From Phoronis australis (lineage: Eukaryota > Animalia > Phoronida), in assembly GCA_002633005.1 (NCBI GenBank), contig NMRA01000093.1, positions 886,505 to 950,504 on the forward strand: a stretch of DNA of 64,000 nt. The letters are read 5' to 3'. Within the stretch, counting starts at the first letter, position 1; each line of letters begins with the position of its first letter. The position numbers were made by a program, and so were the translations under genes. This document shows, in pieces, positions 62,907 to 64,000 of the stretch. The notes under the pieces were generated by a model. That model saw only the letters and a program-made list of their open reading frames with translations, did no database searches and was not told the DNA's origin.

Positions 62907-64000
62907 GTCACGACTTCCTGTGTTCGTGAGCACGAACACTCTTAAGTTTTCTTTATCCGAGACATCTTTGTATGTTTTTGTAAACTGTACAGTAATGTTC
63001 GGTGATTCAATATAAACTTTAATAAATAGTAAACAAATATCCACACGTGTGAGGTTGGTCTGGGAAATCGTGTTTTCGAACATTAACAGGTAAGATTCAA
63101 ATTTAAAATTAACTATTAATGGAGATAAAATACATGTACTCATCCACACTGATACTTTTTATTGCCAAAAGTGAAATGTAAAGCCCTACAGTTCCTTAAC
63201 GTTCGTTCTAAAAGCCAGGATTTTTGGATCGCACAAATCATTTACAAGATCCAGCAAAATCTTCTCTTTGTTGAGAAAAGAAACCATGTCCGCAGAGGCC
63301 GTTAGCTGAACAATTTACTGTTAATGTAACTTCCAAAAGCATCTCGTTCTTCGCATACATTATGGAATTACAAGTGACCATCTCTGCATTCTAAATGAAC
63401 GATACAGAAACTCAAGCTGTTTTGCCACAGAATAATGTCCACCTAGATGCCCTCAGTTCGGCATGTTCTTGATTTCAAATGTTAAAACGGAAGGGAGATG
63501 GAATTGACGATTTATGTCAAACTCCATCATTTAACACATATCGCAGTGACACGTACCTGCGCCCATGTCACTCATCGCCGCCTGTTCGATTGTTTCTCCA
63601 TGGCAACCTATCAATACCTGGTGAAAACAAATTAATGAAACATGCAACGTTAATTTTCAAGTGCACACGTCTTCATACCAGTTAAAATAGATACACAGTT
63701 CCACGAACTTTCCTAATTGAAGACTGTTAACACCTTTTGTCACAAAAAGCAAAACACTACCGAACTATGACACGTTGTCAGGGGTACATGATCGCAATTT
63801 TCGAAGGAAAGTTGCCAGCACAAATCCTAAAAACGACAACTTGACCCCCAACACGGTAACACCTGTAAATTTGGAGTATAGCACTGAGTGCAGTAGCGCC
63901 ATAAATGGTCAAATGTAACGACCTGTTAAGCATATTTGATTCATTTTGCCTACGTCAGCAGGAGAATTAATTCAAACGACTGCGAATAACACCTGACCCC

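Overview
This is AT-rich eukaryotic (animal, probably invertebrate) genomic DNA with five single-N assembly joins (1095, 1666, 17498, 23545, 43320). The main feature is a minus-strand gene spanning about 19.1-57.1 kb, built from a tandem array of ShKT (ShK toxin-like, 6-Cys) domains with one domain per exon. I read 23 intact exons (111-141 nt, all multiples of 3, all phase 1-1, AG/GT bounded; 2964 nt, about 988 codons if all are joined) plus 5 decayed pseudo-exons. The ORF track misses most of them because they are spliced. The array grew by exon+intron tandem duplication, including a young ~2.35 kb two-exon repeat at 31-38.6 kb and an older two-exon unit at 19-26 kb. It is zoned: divergent domains at the 5' end, near-identical acidic Gly-linked domains in the centre, and basic, Arg-rich domains at the 3' end. 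I could not locate the first (signal peptide) or terminal exon. Introns and flanks carry many TTAA-flanked Kolobok-like DNA transposons (THAP fragments and a convergent second ORF), a 5'-truncated CR1/L2-group LINE, a DIRS-type tyrosine recombinase pseudogene, a tRNA-derived SINE head, MITE-like elements and minisatellites. All calls are by eye; no database search was run.
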